A program made the position numbers and the translations under genes. A DNA stretch of 63,933 bases, filler included, from Octopus bimaculoides (lineage: Eukaryota): NCBI RefSeq assembly GCF_001194135.2. It is 6 parts of 6 records of this genome, joined end to end, with 100 filler letters (N's around TTAATTAATTAA, not from the genome) between each part and the next. Parts side by side here need not be neighbours in the genome. Positions count along the whole stretch, not along the records: positions 46,241 to 53,687 come from NC_068983.1; positions 53,788 to 62,812 come from NC_068990.1; positions 62,913 to 63,933 come from NW_026395564.1; 3 more parts are not named here. The stretch is one strand, 5' to 3'. Below, one piece after another: positions 51,374-63,897 of this stretch; position 1 is the first letter of the stretch; the number at the start of each line of letters is the position of its first letter. Below the pieces are notes generated by a model that did not search any database, was not told the origin of the DNA, and was given only the letters and a program-made list of their open reading frames with translations.

Positions 51374-53033
51374 GTAAGATAAAAAAAAAAAACTTTTAAA
51401 AGTATTTTTTTTTTTTTTGAAAGAAAGTATTGTACATGGTGCATAGATGACAATTTCTTTCAAAGGGGATAAACCCTTAATAGCTCATATTCCCGTTTAT
51501 ATTTATTTATTCATCTAACCAACCCATCATTTTCATCTGTCTGTCTATCATCTATCTATCTGGCTAAATAGCTTTCTATGTAGCTATATAGCTGTCTGTT
51601 TGTCCGTCTATCTCATCTGTCCGTCAATTTCTCCATCTGTTAATCTACCTGGGAATTTCTCTGTCAAAAATTGTTACTACCTCTCTTTTTCTCTCCATAG
51701 TACTTTTGTGCGCGTGTTTATATATATATATATATACATACATACATATATATATAATATATGTGTATGTAGATAGCTGTGTGTGTGTGTGTATCTTTCG
51801 TTTGTTGAATGCTTTTTGATCAGTAGTTATTGCTTAGCCCCAAGTTTGGTTCTGATTATGGAAACTTTTTCATCTTAATATATACTATATTTCACACTGC
51901 ATTATCTGATGTGCCCATCGGTTTTAAGACGGGAGGGGTCGATTTGACGAATATTTGGCTGCTATCTCTTGCAGGGCAAACATTTATTCATTGAAATACT
52001 CTCTCATAATTTTGACAATGTGTCTATTTTGTAGACTTGTCAAGACTACATACATACATGCTGATTATCTTGCTAGCAAGACAGATATTTGATTGTATGC
52101 GTGTGTATGTATACACACACGTGTACCTGTGTGAGTATATATATATATATGGATATATGGATATATATATATGTATGTATACATATAGACACACATACAG
52201 GTGTATGTGTGTATATTTATCAGTCTCTTCTATTTTGGACTCTCTAAACGTCTAATATTTTATGTGCTCGTGCTCGCTTGTGTGTGTATGTATACAACTG
52301 GGTGTGCGTATGTGTGTATTCATATTATATATATACTCTTGTGTATATGTGGATGTATAAGAACTAGCTTTTATTCTATGAATTCAAGCGCACCCTCTAC
52401 TTTCTCTCTCTCTCATACACACACACCTACATATTCCAAAACGTGCAACACACGCGAGTACGCAGGTATTAAAACACGATTAGACAATCACAAACACACA
52501 CTAATATTAAATGTTGTATGTGCACAAGTTATGCTGTGTACGTCAGCATGCACATTATTTATTTATTCATTCATTTATTTTACATGATTTAATCGAAGGA
52601 GGAAGTGCTATTCGCTCATGAGTTTTTGCAGGGTCTCCAAAACTGATGCGTGGAGGTCAACCTCAGAGAACTAAGACGCGAACCTAAAGCTTGTTAAAGC
52701 GTGAACGTCGCTAAATGCACCACCTATGGACCAGGCGGTTGGGTGTTAAGCCAGTTGCCGGACTAAATTTACTACCCATGTGTACCTAAGTGTTAATAGT
52801 ACTATATCCGATATTTTGTGTACGTTTGAGCGCGGTGTATTTATACGCTTGTTCTAGACAGCATGTGCAGTATATCTATCAATAATACAAGGAGTGCAAT
52901 GACATGTATATGTGTCTACGTATATATAGATGTGTATGTCTACGTATATATATGGGCGCATGTGTGTACGGGCATGCTGTTCCAGACTTCTGCCAATGTT
53001 TGTGTATGTGTTACGTATCTATAGACCTATATG

Positions 53034-53076
<43 letters not shown>

Positions 53077-53502
53077 GTGTGTGAAGATGTATGTAAATGT
53101 GTGCTATGTTGTATGTATACGTGAATGTTTCTGCGTTTATAAGCCATTTGTTGTTATTTAGCCCGAGGTTAACGCTGACCAGTTCTGATCTACGATCAAA
53201 AGCATTCTGGCGATGACACTGCTGACTTATTTTCAGACTAAGAATATCAGTCTGTCTGTCTGTCTGTCCGTCCGTCCATCCATCCATTATGTGCATGTAT
53301 ATGTATATATATTTATATATATATATGAAAGGAGTGCACACGCACGCTAGTAGCGTTCAGGGAGTAAATACGCGAATTAATTGAGACACTCACATTTACA
53401 CAACGTGTCTATTTTGTACATCGTAAACTACAATACGTGTAGTGAACTGTAACTAGTTAAGATGCTAAGGTCGATGACTAAATAGCTTGCATAGTAATGT
53501 GT

Positions 53503-53535
<33 letters not shown>

Positions 53536-53787
53536 GCATATATATGTATATATATATATGCATATATATGTATATATATATGCATATATATGTATATATA
53601 TATGCATATATATGTATATATATATGCATATATATGTATGTGTATATATATATATATATATATATGCATATATATATATATATATATNNNNNNNNNNNNN
53701 NNNNNNNNNNNNNNNNNNNNNNNNNNNNNNNTTAATTAATTAANNNNNNNNNNNNNNNNNNNNNNNNNNNNNNNNNNNNNNNNNNNN

Positions 53788-53899
53788 ATATATATAAAAT
53801 ATATAGTTTCAGGGAAAATAATCAAGTTTCAAGAACTCATAGTGGATTTTCATCGATGAGTTCTTGAAACTTGGTTATTTTCCCTAAAACTATATATTT

Positions 53900-53908
<9 letters not shown>
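53788..53908. repeat. Hairpin: 53-bp arms with 2 differences, 15-nt loop
   Basis: ...gtttcagggaaaataatcaagtttcaagaactcat-agtggattttcatcg-atgagttcttgaaacttggttattttccctaaaac... Confidence 0.9.
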
Positions 53909-53957
<49 letters not shown>

Positions 53958-54197
53958 TATTATTTCATTAAGGTATTATTCCTTGAGTTTACTGTATTAA
54001 ACTCATCCACGGGTATTGGCTAGCAGATAAAAACAGTAAGTTAGAGCTTGTTTGTTTTATGAAACACTGTCTGGAAATCCACAAATATCCATAGACGTTT
54101 TGTAATAGCAAACATGAACAATAAAGTGAAGAAGTCACTTTACTACTTCAATTTGAAATTTGATTTGAATTAAACTTATTAATCTTACAATATTATG

Positions 54198-54610
54198 ATA
54201 CAGATAAGGAAATAATTTTATTCTCAAACGCAGGATAATGCTAATAATATAGCATGAACAGGATAAACTATTCATATTTTGCAATCTTTCAATACATCTC
54301 AACGCTTCTAAAGCAAACTCTGTTGACTTTCAACGGAAGTTGAATTTAACATACGATGGCCATCTTATAAATTTAGATTTGTGTATCCTAAATTTGCAGA
54401 AGAATTTGTTGTTCGGGCCGTTTAGGTTCATGGTAAAGCACTTAACGCATAATTACAGGGATGTAAGTTCGAGTCTCATGGCTGGCCACCGACAGACTTT
54501 TCTGCAAAATATGGATAGTTTATCCTGTTCTGCTATATTATTAACATTATCCTGCGTTTGAGAATAAAATTCCTTTTCTGTATTTTTCAATACATCTCAA
54601 CGCTTCTAAA
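54198..54610. repeat. Inverted repeat (54198-54283 / 54503-54583) plus exact 26-bp direct repeat (54287-54312 / 54585-54610)
   Basis: ttattctcaaacgcaggataatg...aacaggataaacta versus its reverse complement; tttcaatacatctcaacgcttctaaa occurs twice. Confidence 0.9.
54416..54488 (+). pseudogene. Degenerate tRNA-like sequence (CAT anticodon, Met-like)
   Basis: 73 nt GGCCGTT...TGGTAAAGC...CGCATAA...GTAAG-TTCGAGT-CTCAT...CTGGCCA. A/B-box remnants present, stems imperfect. Confidence 0.5.
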
Positions 54611-54879
54611 TAAACCTTTGTTGTGTTTATATATGTGCGTGAGGGTGCATGCAGTGTACGAGAACATGCGTCTTAATGCTTATATCTCACCGTTTGGGCA
54701 CCAGTAGTAGTTTACATCCCGTAATTTAGAAGTTCAGTACAAAGACATCGATTGAATACATAGAAAACTTCAAAAAGTAAGTACTTTGGTCGATTTGATC
54801 ACCTAAACCCTTTAAGGTGATGCCCCAGCATTGCTGCAGTTTGAGCGTAATGAAAGGATTCAGGGTAGGACATGTCTTG

Positions 54880-55200
54880 GAGGGTTGAGTTGATGGACGA
54901 AGTTTTTGCTTTGAGGGTTTTTTATGTGTAGATCGGTGAAACAGTTGTAGAGAGCGTGTGTGTTAAAAATTGGCAGCATGTGTGTTCAATGTGGAGTTGG
55001 AAACAAAATTTTTATCAAGAATAGACTTTAAGAATAGGAAGATTTTGTTAACTAGGTAGAGATACTTTTAACGATTAATCAAAGGGCCTCATTGTGATCT
55101 GAGAAGTGAGAAGATTGGTAGCCTCTGTGTTGTAAAAAAGATTCCTATAGATATTTTTTCTGGTAATCGTCATGAATGCGTTGCGATAGGGAAATTATTC
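54880..55200 (-). mobile_element. Penelope-like element relic
   Basis: Minus frame KIFLFLKSILDKNF...IFNTH..YNC resembles the PLE motif FL.L(I/L)DK.F....L..IFN....SYSC. Confidence 0.4.
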
Positions 55201-56554
55201 AGTTCTCAAGTATCAAGTCCATCTAACTCTAAGGAAACACTGAAATTTGGTATGATGAACTGTTGTTAATATGCAACAGATGCATTGTAAAAGTAGCCAG
55301 TCGTATGTCGGCTTTTGACTGCTGTTGACTGGTATCTTATACGCNNNNNNNNNNNNNNNNNNNNNNNNNNNNNNNNNNNNNNNNNNNNNNNNNNNNNNNN
55401 NNNNNNNNNNNNNNNNNNNNNNNNNNNNNNNNNNNNNNNNNNNNNNNNNNNNNNNNNNNNNNNNNNNNNNNNNNNNNNNNNNNNNNNNNNNNNNNNNNNN
55501 NNNNNNNNNNNNNNNNNNNNNNNNNNNNNNNNNNNNNNNNNNNNNNNNNNNNNNNNNNNNNNNNNNNNNNNNNNNNNNNNNNNNNNNNNNNNNNNNNNNN
55601 NNNNNNNNNNNNNNNNNNNNNNNNNNNNNNNNNNNNNNNNNNNNNNNNNNNNNNNNNNNNNNNNNNNNNNNNNNNNNNNNNNNNNNNNNNNNNNNNNNNN
55701 NNNNNNNNNNNNNNNNNNNNNNNNNNNNNNNNNNNNNNNNNNNNNNNNNNNNNNNNNNNNNNNNNNNNNNNNNNNNNNNNNNNNNNNNNNNNNNNNNNNN
55801 NNNNNNNNNNNNNNNNNNNNNNNNNNNNNNNNNNNNNNNNNNNNNNNNNNNNNNNNNNNNNNNNNNNNTGATTGGATCAACTGGAACCCTCGACGTCGTA
55901 AGCGACAGAGTGCCAACAACAACAACTATACGCAGAAAGTTTTTCTTTCATTCAATCATTCTTACAGAAATGGGGATGACCAACTAATACAATGAAATCA
56001 CAGAGGTTTCATATAAAACGCGAGTCATACATTTAAAAGTTTACCAAAGCCAAATGAAAACAACTAACAAACTAAATTAATAACATTGTGTAGCACAACT
56101 TTTGTTCTAGGGTAGCAACTGTTATTTCTTATTTGCTATATGTTATTTCCTAGAAAGTATGAAAAACTTTGCTTAGAAAAACTACTTTTTTACATTTATT
56201 CAAATCTCAAAGAATCCCCCTCAATACATGGCTATGATTCTCCCCCATTACTCCTACTCACAATCAGAGATGCGTATATTGTCAGCCACTAAGGGACATG
56301 CCTAAATGTTTAAGGTCAAGCAACTGACAAGCAAATCTGTGTTACTGAGCAGAATATCTGCTATAATGATATTTCTGATTCAGCAACTCAATGCTGAATC
56401 TGTCTGAAATGTAATGGAAAATAGGTCAGTTTCAAAACATTGATGTCCATATTACAAAAGCAAAGTCTGAAGGGAAAAGTAGTCAGTTCCTTTGATTTCT
56501 AGATAGAAGCAAGGAGGAAATAACATTTACTAGCAAAAAAAAAAAAAAAGAATT

Positions 56555-56976
56555 AGGAGTGGCTGTGTGGTAAGTAGCTTGCTTACCAACCACANNNNNN
56601 NNNNNNNNNNNNNNNNNNNNNNNNNNNNNNNNNNNNNNNNNNNNNNNNNNNNNNNNNNNNNNNNNNNNNNNNNNNNNNNNNNNNNNNNNNNNNNNNNNNN
56701 NNNNNNNNNNNNNNNNNNNNNNNNNNNNNNNNNNNNNNNNNNNNNNNNNNNNNNNNNNNNNNNNNNNNNNNNNNNNNNNNNNNNNNNNNNNNNNNNNNNN
56801 NNNNNNNNNNNNNNNNNNNNNNNNNNNNNNNNNNNNNNNNNNNNNNNNNNNNNNNNNNNNNNNNNNNNNNNNNNNNNNNNNNNNNNNNNNNNNNGTCGAT
56901 TTGTTCGACTAAAGGCGGTGCTCCAGCATGGCCACAGTCAAAAGACTGAAACAAGTAAAAGAGTAAAAGAGTAAAA
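56555..56976 (+). mobile_element. SINE family A spanning a gap
   Basis: Head aggagtggctgtgtggtaagtagcttgc and tail ctaaaggcggtgctccagcatggcc. Confidence 0.8.
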
Positions 56977-57746
56977 TAAGATCAGAATAAATTTTTAAAA
57001 ATTGCTCTGCAGTGTAATTGCTCATTCTCCTTTTACTTATCTTAATTAATGGAATATTTAGCTAGAAAATATTTCATTTTCGTCTTGTATAATTATTAAA
57101 ATCGTTACAATTATGAAAACCACAACTTCTACCACGAACACACATAGTAACTGTAATGAGGAGGTAGATTTGTATATCTGCTTCAAATTTATTTTAAGTT
57201 TCCCAGTGTACGCATTTGTGTTAATTAATATATATAAATTAATTATTTAATCAGTTCACCGATAAAAGCGCGATATGGAAATTAGTCCAGCCTTTTACAA
57301 GTAAATTCTAGATCTTGTCTGATGCAAATCATTTACTTAAGGTTATTTTCATGAATATAGAAACATTTAAACTAGTTTGTCTTTGTGTGCGTGTATACAT
57401 ACATACAGATATGTATACATACATACAGATATGTATACACACACACACACACATATATATACACACAGACGCACTAACACACACGTATGAAGACAATAAT
57501 ACAACTAAACAAATCAAACTGCTTGGGTCTGGTATGCAAAATACATATACATGTATAGCTGTAAATAGAGAGAAAGCAAAGACTGAAGATTAATATGTAT
57601 ATATTAACAGAGCAAAACTTACACAGAGTACAAAAGACACAGAAAATTAGAGCTGGGGGAGGTATGGTGTTACGTATATATTATCGTTGTTATGTATGCA
57701 TATCAGCATGTAATATGCATTTCTTCATTGTTTGGGGTGTCCAGGT

Positions 57747-59409
57747 GAACCTATTGTTTAACCTCACTGTTGAATTTTTGAATTGTTAGTTGCTGTGTTT
57801 TTATAATTGTTTTCTTCCCCATTTATAGGTGAAGTAGTGAGAAAAGGAAGGATGGAAAGCGAACCAGTCCCAGCCGGCAGCTATGCTGCAGCCACGGGAA
57901 GAAGTTTAACTGCAGACGTACTACAGGTTCGAGAGGTGAAGATGGAGGAAAAGAATCTAAAGGAATTTAACAGACTGATTGAGAAGGAGGGAGCCAATTT
58001 AAGGTTGACCCCGCCACAAGAATTGACAGCGAGCGTAACTAAGAGGAGAGTAGTATATATAGAACGCTGTCTACAGCAACGAAAAGAATTGAAATAGCTA
58101 ATGTGGAAGCCATAGAAGAGTGTTTGAAGGAAGTAAAGAATCTCACAACATTCTACACCAGAGGAAAGAAATACGGTACAGTGTAGGTTAGGTTCGCGAG
58201 CGAGCAAGAAGCGATAAACCACTCCACTGTGGCGTTAAGGACACCAGAGTGGGTACTTCTGCCGACTTACTGTAGCAGACGAGTGACCAGAGTGAGAATA
58301 GGTAGAGTACCCCCGGAGATTGAGGAGGCATGGCTGGTGGCAGCCATTATGTACAACATGGAAGAAGAGGCGAAAGTTTTAAAAGTAACGAGAATGAAAG
58401 AGGTAAACTGATGGGGATACGGCTTCGAGGTAGCGGTCCAGGTAACTTTGCAAGACTTGCACAAAATAACGGAGGAAGTGATACTGCCGGAGGAAGTGAT
58501 ACTGCCGGAGGAAGTAAAATTAAGAGTAGTGGTGGAGGGGAAACCTCCAACCTGTTACCATTGCGGAGTACGGGAACACATGAGAGCAAGGTGTCCCCAG
58601 AATGACGAGAAAGGTGAACAGGAACAGCAGCAACAGGATGACAAGCAGGAGCAAAATGCCGAAGTGGCGACCCCTGTGAGTGAGCAATGTCCAGATAAGG
58701 TGGAGGAGGAATATAAGGTGGTAAATAGGAAAAAGAAAAGGAAGGAAAGAAAACGTGGACTCACCACCAAAGAGTCCACTGAAGAAAAGGAAGGAAAATA
58801 AACAGGAAGCGACACAGAAGGAGATTCCAACAATATCAACAAGGGAAACCAACGTAGAAAATCAAGTGGAAATACGGGAACAAGTAACAAAAAAAAGAAC
58901 CAAAAAAGAAATGGTGTAAGGTGACATATTCGAAAAACACGGAAATTGAAAAGAAAATAACCAAAATGAAGTCGGTAGTGAGAGTGAAGTTAACAAGGGA
59001 ATATTATCCAGAGGGCACCAAGTCAATTGTGATTGACCAAGAGAGATGTGCAAGATTGAGAGAATTATTTGGAGACAAGATAGACCCAACAGGAGTACGC
59101 GTTGGATTCGAGAACCTAATACCGTGCATAAAATGGGGGGTAAAAAGGGGGAAAAAGTAAGTAAATATTTGTAATTTAATGACTATAAAACTGATACAAA
59201 AAGGAAAAAAGAAAAAAGATATAAAAACATTTAACTAAAACAAATAAAATGATACTGCTTGCGAGTGGGGATCATGCAGCCATTTCACCTCCATTATTAT
59301 AATTCATCCTTCATTCGTTCGTTCTATGTTTTATGTCCCCACCGCAGTGTCCTGTCTGTCCTTGTGCTGTCCCTTCTGTGTTATGGCCGTAGTGCCAAAT
59401 AAAGAATAA
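57747..59409 (+). mobile_element. ORF1-only (gag-like, CCHC) non-LTR retroposon with 18-bp TSD
   Basis: TSD tgtttggggtgtccaggt at 57729-57746 and 59410-59427. ORF from ATG 57852 (MESEPVPAGSYAAATG...), RRM-like segment, zinc knuckle CYHCGVREHMRARC at 58553-58594, A-rich end aataaagaataa. One frameshift and scattered stops; no RT motifs. Confidence 0.8.
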
Positions 59410-60101
59410 TGTTTGGGGTGTCCAGGTAGTTGTGGTCGAACACTCATATATATACTCTCAACTTTACTCCTCTTCCACTCCGAGGGTACATCCACGATAT
59501 AATAGATGATGAAGTGGAGAGAGGGCTGCGCCAGGATTTGAACACAATGTTTCGGGAGACGGAACAAACGCCACACAATATTTTATCTGATGCAGTGACA
59601 AATATATACATACATACATATATATATACATAATACTTGTATCCACCAATCCATGCATACATATATACACGCATACATACATGCATACGTACGTACGTAC
59701 GTGCGTGCGTGCGTGTGTGCATGCATACATACATACATACATACATACATCCATGCATACATATGTAGGTACGTACAGACATACAGACATACATACATAC
59801 ATACATACATACATACGTACGTACATAGCCACATATGTACACACAATATATATACATATGAATAGATATGTATGTGTATTTATCATAGACACGCACGCAC
59901 ACGCACGCACGCACGCACGCACGCATTGGATAGCAGAAAAGCCTATCTGACTGTATTTAATCCAAGATTATTCGCTAACCGGATATTGGCAAAGATCCTA
60001 CGGTATGTTTTGTTGTTCCCACAACCAATGTCACTGAGTGAGGTACTACTGCTTGCGTAGGTGCACTTGGAAAAATTTCAGTACGGAAAACACACATAAA
60101 T

Positions 60102-60163
<62 letters not shown>

Positions 60164-60309
60164 NNNNNNNNNNNNNNNNNNNNNNNNNNNNNNNNNNNNN
60201 NNNNNNNNNNNNNNNNNNNNNNNNNNNNNNNNNNNNNNNNNNNNNNNNNNNNNNNNNNNNNNNNNNNNNNNNNNNNNNNNNNNNNNNNNNNNNNNNNNNN
60301 NNNNNNNNN

Positions 60310-60347
<38 letters not shown>

Positions 60348-60827
60348 CCAACCATTCTTTTATATGTTATGCTACTCGGTAAAATCCACTTCATTCTATG
60401 ACTATTAGCTTAATTGCAAGCCGTGCCAAATCTTCAAACGTTTGTCTCTTATGAGCCAATCAAACAACTAGCTTCTGTACCGTGGGACGACGTTCTAGAA
60501 ATAGCTGTGGGATCTTCCTTACAATCGCAACTACAGCTTTAAAAAATGAAGTAGTCCAATGAAGCGCTGTCTTGAGATGGTGACGGTTGAGTTGAGCGTA
60601 GGCTTGTGACTAACATCTACACCTAGTTTTTCCACGCCAAAATGTGTGGGCGCGTGGATGTATGCGCGTGAGAGGGAGTGAGAGAGAAAGAGGAGGAGAG
60701 AGACAGACTGACAGACAGACAAACAGGGATTGTGTGTGAATGTGTGTATGTATGTATATATAAGATATATAAGATATGAGTTGTGAACATTATTTTCCTG
60801 CTTATATTCTTCTAACTACTTTTACTC

Positions 60828-60906
60828 TTTATTCTTCTATTTTCCTCCTTTATTCTTCTATTTTCCTCCTTTATTCTTCTATTTTCCTCCTTTATTCTTC
60901 TATTTT
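60828..60906 (+). repeat. 21-bp minisatellite, ~3.8 copies
   Basis: Unit tttattcttctattttcctcc. Confidence 0.9.
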
Positions 60907-60976
60907 ATTTCTTATAAACTGTGAATTTTATTCCTTGTAAACTGTAACTTTTCCCCATCTAAAATATTCATACCTT

Positions 60977-61052
60977 GTCTCTGATGACGGATTACCCAAT
61001 GTACGGACATGCTAACCAACTACTTGGGTTATTCCAGAAACGACAGTAAGAC
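60977..61052 (+). ncRNA. Minimal type I hammerhead ribozyme motif (Penelope type)
   Basis: gtct CTGATGA c ggattacccaa...ttgggttattcc a GAAA c-gaca-g TA agac. Stem I gtct/agac, long stem II, 2-bp stem III, GUA cleavage triplet at 61046-61048. Confidence 0.6.
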
Positions 61053-62251
61053 TCCAATTTCACCTTGGCCTGTCTGACCCACGTATAGTTTGTCACATAA
61101 GTTGCATCTGATGCAGTAGATTAGGTTAGAGGAGGTGCAAGAGAAACTGTGTGGAATGTGAAGAGTGTGTAGGTTCGACCCTGTGACAGAGGTAGCGTTG
61201 GTGATGAAGGGGCAGGTGTGACAGCGGGATCTGGAGCACGGGAAGGAGCCGGGTGGGGGTGGGGAGGAAGAGGAGAAGGTACTACGGACCAGTAGATCGC
61301 GTAGGTTACNNNNNNNNNNNNNNNNNNNNNNNNNNNNNNNNNNNNNNNNNNNNNNNNNNNNNNNNNNNNNNNNNNNNNNNNNNNNNNNNNNNNNNNNNNN
61401 NNNNNNNNNNNNNNNNNNNNNNNNNNNNNNNNNNNNNNNNNNNNNNNNNNNNNNNNNNNNNNNNNNNNNNNNNNNNNNNNNNNNNNNNNNNNNNNNNNNN
61501 NNNNNNNNNNNNNNNNNNNNNNNNNNNNNNNNNNNNNNNNNNNNNNNNNNNNNNNNNNNNNNNNNNNNNNNNNNNNNNNNNNNNNNNNNNNNNNNNNNNN
61601 NNNNNNNNNNNNNNNNNNNNNNNNNNNNNNNNNNNNNNNNNNNNNNNNNNNNNNNNNNNNNNNNNNNNNNNNNNNNNNNNNNNNNNNNNNNNNNNNNNNN
61701 NNNNNNNNNNNNNNNNNNNNNNNNNNNNNNNNNNNNNNNNNNNNNNNNNNNNNNNNNNNNNNNNNNNNNNNNNNNNNNNNNNNNNNNNNNNNNNNNNNNN
61801 NNNNNNNNNNNNNNNNNNNNNNNNNNNNNNNNNNNNNNNNNNNNNNNNNNNNNNNNNNNNNNNNNNNNNNNNNNNNNNNNNNNNNNNNNNNNNNNNNNNN
61901 NNNNNNNNNNNNNNNNNNNNNNNNNNNNNNNNNNNNNNNNNNNNNNNNNNNNNNNNNNNNNNNNNNNNNNNNNNNNNNNNNNNNNNNNNNNNNNNNNNNN
62001 NNNNNNNNNNNNNNNNNNNNNNNNNNNNNNNNNNNNNNNNNNNNNNNNNNNNNNNNNNNNNNNNNNNNNNNNNNNNNNNNNNNNNNNNNNNNNNNNNNNN
62101 NNNNNNNNNNNNNNNNNNNNNNNNNNNNNNNNNNNNNNNNNNNNNNNNNNNNNNNNNNNNNNNNNNNNNNNNNNNNNNNNNNNNNNNNNNNNNNNNNNNN
62201 NNNNNNNNNNNNNNNNNNNNNNNNNNNNNNNNNNNNNNNNNNNNNNNNNNN

Positions 62252-62363
62252 AGTTTTGGTCGGCCCGAGGCTATAGTTAAAGACACTTGCCCAAGGTGCC
62301 ACGCAGTGGGAATGAACCCGGAACCATGTGGTTGGTAAGCAAGCTACTTACCTCACAGCCACA
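62252..62363 (-). mobile_element. SINE family A head
   Basis: ggtcggcccgaggctatag...acacttgcccaaggtgccacgcagtggg...cacagcc. Confidence 0.85.
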
Positions 62364-62912
62364 GCACACACACACAGATTGCGAAGGAGAAAGTTCTCAT
62401 TTTCCTTTTACTCGGCTATTAGTATAGCGCTTGTGAGGTTTGGCAGATAACGTTTTATCGTTTATTTTGTTGGTTTTTGTGTTTTTGATTTTTTTTCTAA
62501 ATACCAGGATGATCGGTCCAGTGCACTCCCTGAGTTTGCTCTGGAAACGTTTGTGTTGAAACGTACTGGGGGAGATTTTTGTCGCACGCCGTATATTTGT
62601 GTCAGCGTGCGCATATGTACATGAGTGTGTTTTTACACATGTGTGTATATGTATATATATTTATTTATTTATTTATGTGTTTCAGCCAAGTGGCTGCGGT
62701 CATATATATATATACATATGTATATACATATATGTGTGTGTATGTATGTGCATATGTGCGTGCATGTACGCCCGTGTATGTGAATATATATATGTATGTA
62801 TATATATATATANNNNNNNNNNNNNNNNNNNNNNNNNNNNNNNNNNNNNNNNNNNNTTAATTAATTAANNNNNNNNNNNNNNNNNNNNNNNNNNNNNNNN
62901 NNNNNNNNNNNN

Positions 62913-63173
62913 CATCACCATCATCATCATCATCATCACCATCATCATCATCGTCATCGTCATAATCATCGTCATCATCATCATCACTATCAACATCGCC
63001 ATCATCATAAATATCACCATCACAATCACCATCATCGTCATCATCATCGTCATCATCACCATCATCATCATCATCATCATCATCATCACCCGCATCACCA
63101 TCACTATCGCCGCCGCCGCCGCCGTCATCGTCATCGTCGTCATGGTCTGCATCTTCATCGTTATTAACATCAT
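62913..63173 (+). repeat. Imperfect (CAT)n/(CGT)n trinucleotide array
   Basis: Direct reading. Confidence 0.9.
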
Positions 63174-63345
63174 CCCGACAAGCAGCGCATCGCAGCTCTG
63201 AGGGGAGAGATCGATCTACCTACCTACCCATCCATCCATCCATCCATCCATCCATACCTAACCAGGGGCAGACGGTAGCGGCGGCTACGGCGGCAGCAAC
63301 AACAACAGCGTCAGCCGCCGCACCAGCAACAACAGCAACAACAGC

Positions 63346-63376
<31 letters not shown>

Positions 63377-63714
63377 CCATCAACAGCATCAGCAGCCTTT
63401 GGTAAAAATGACATCAAAACTGTTGGGAAAGATTGCAATGACTACAGGCAGGTAAGTGAATTGATAAGCGGATATACGGTATATATATACACATTAAATA
63501 TATATATATATATATGGATATATAGGCATTTATATATATTCATCTATAGCTAGTTAAATATACAAACATGCAAAATACCCAGTCGTGTATACATGACAGA
63601 ATATTAAGATATCTATAGCTATATCTGTCTATACATATATATATATACATACATACATACATACATACATACATACATACACACACACACATGTATATAT
63701 ATATATATGTGTGT

Positions 63715-63754
<40 letters not shown>

Positions 63755-63897
63755 ATGTTTATACTTGCATATATATATGTATATACATTTATACATACAT
63801 ATATAAATACATAGATACATACATGTATACATAAGCAAGCACTGTATGTGTACGAATGTGTATATATATATGCACTATGCATATATACATATACTCG

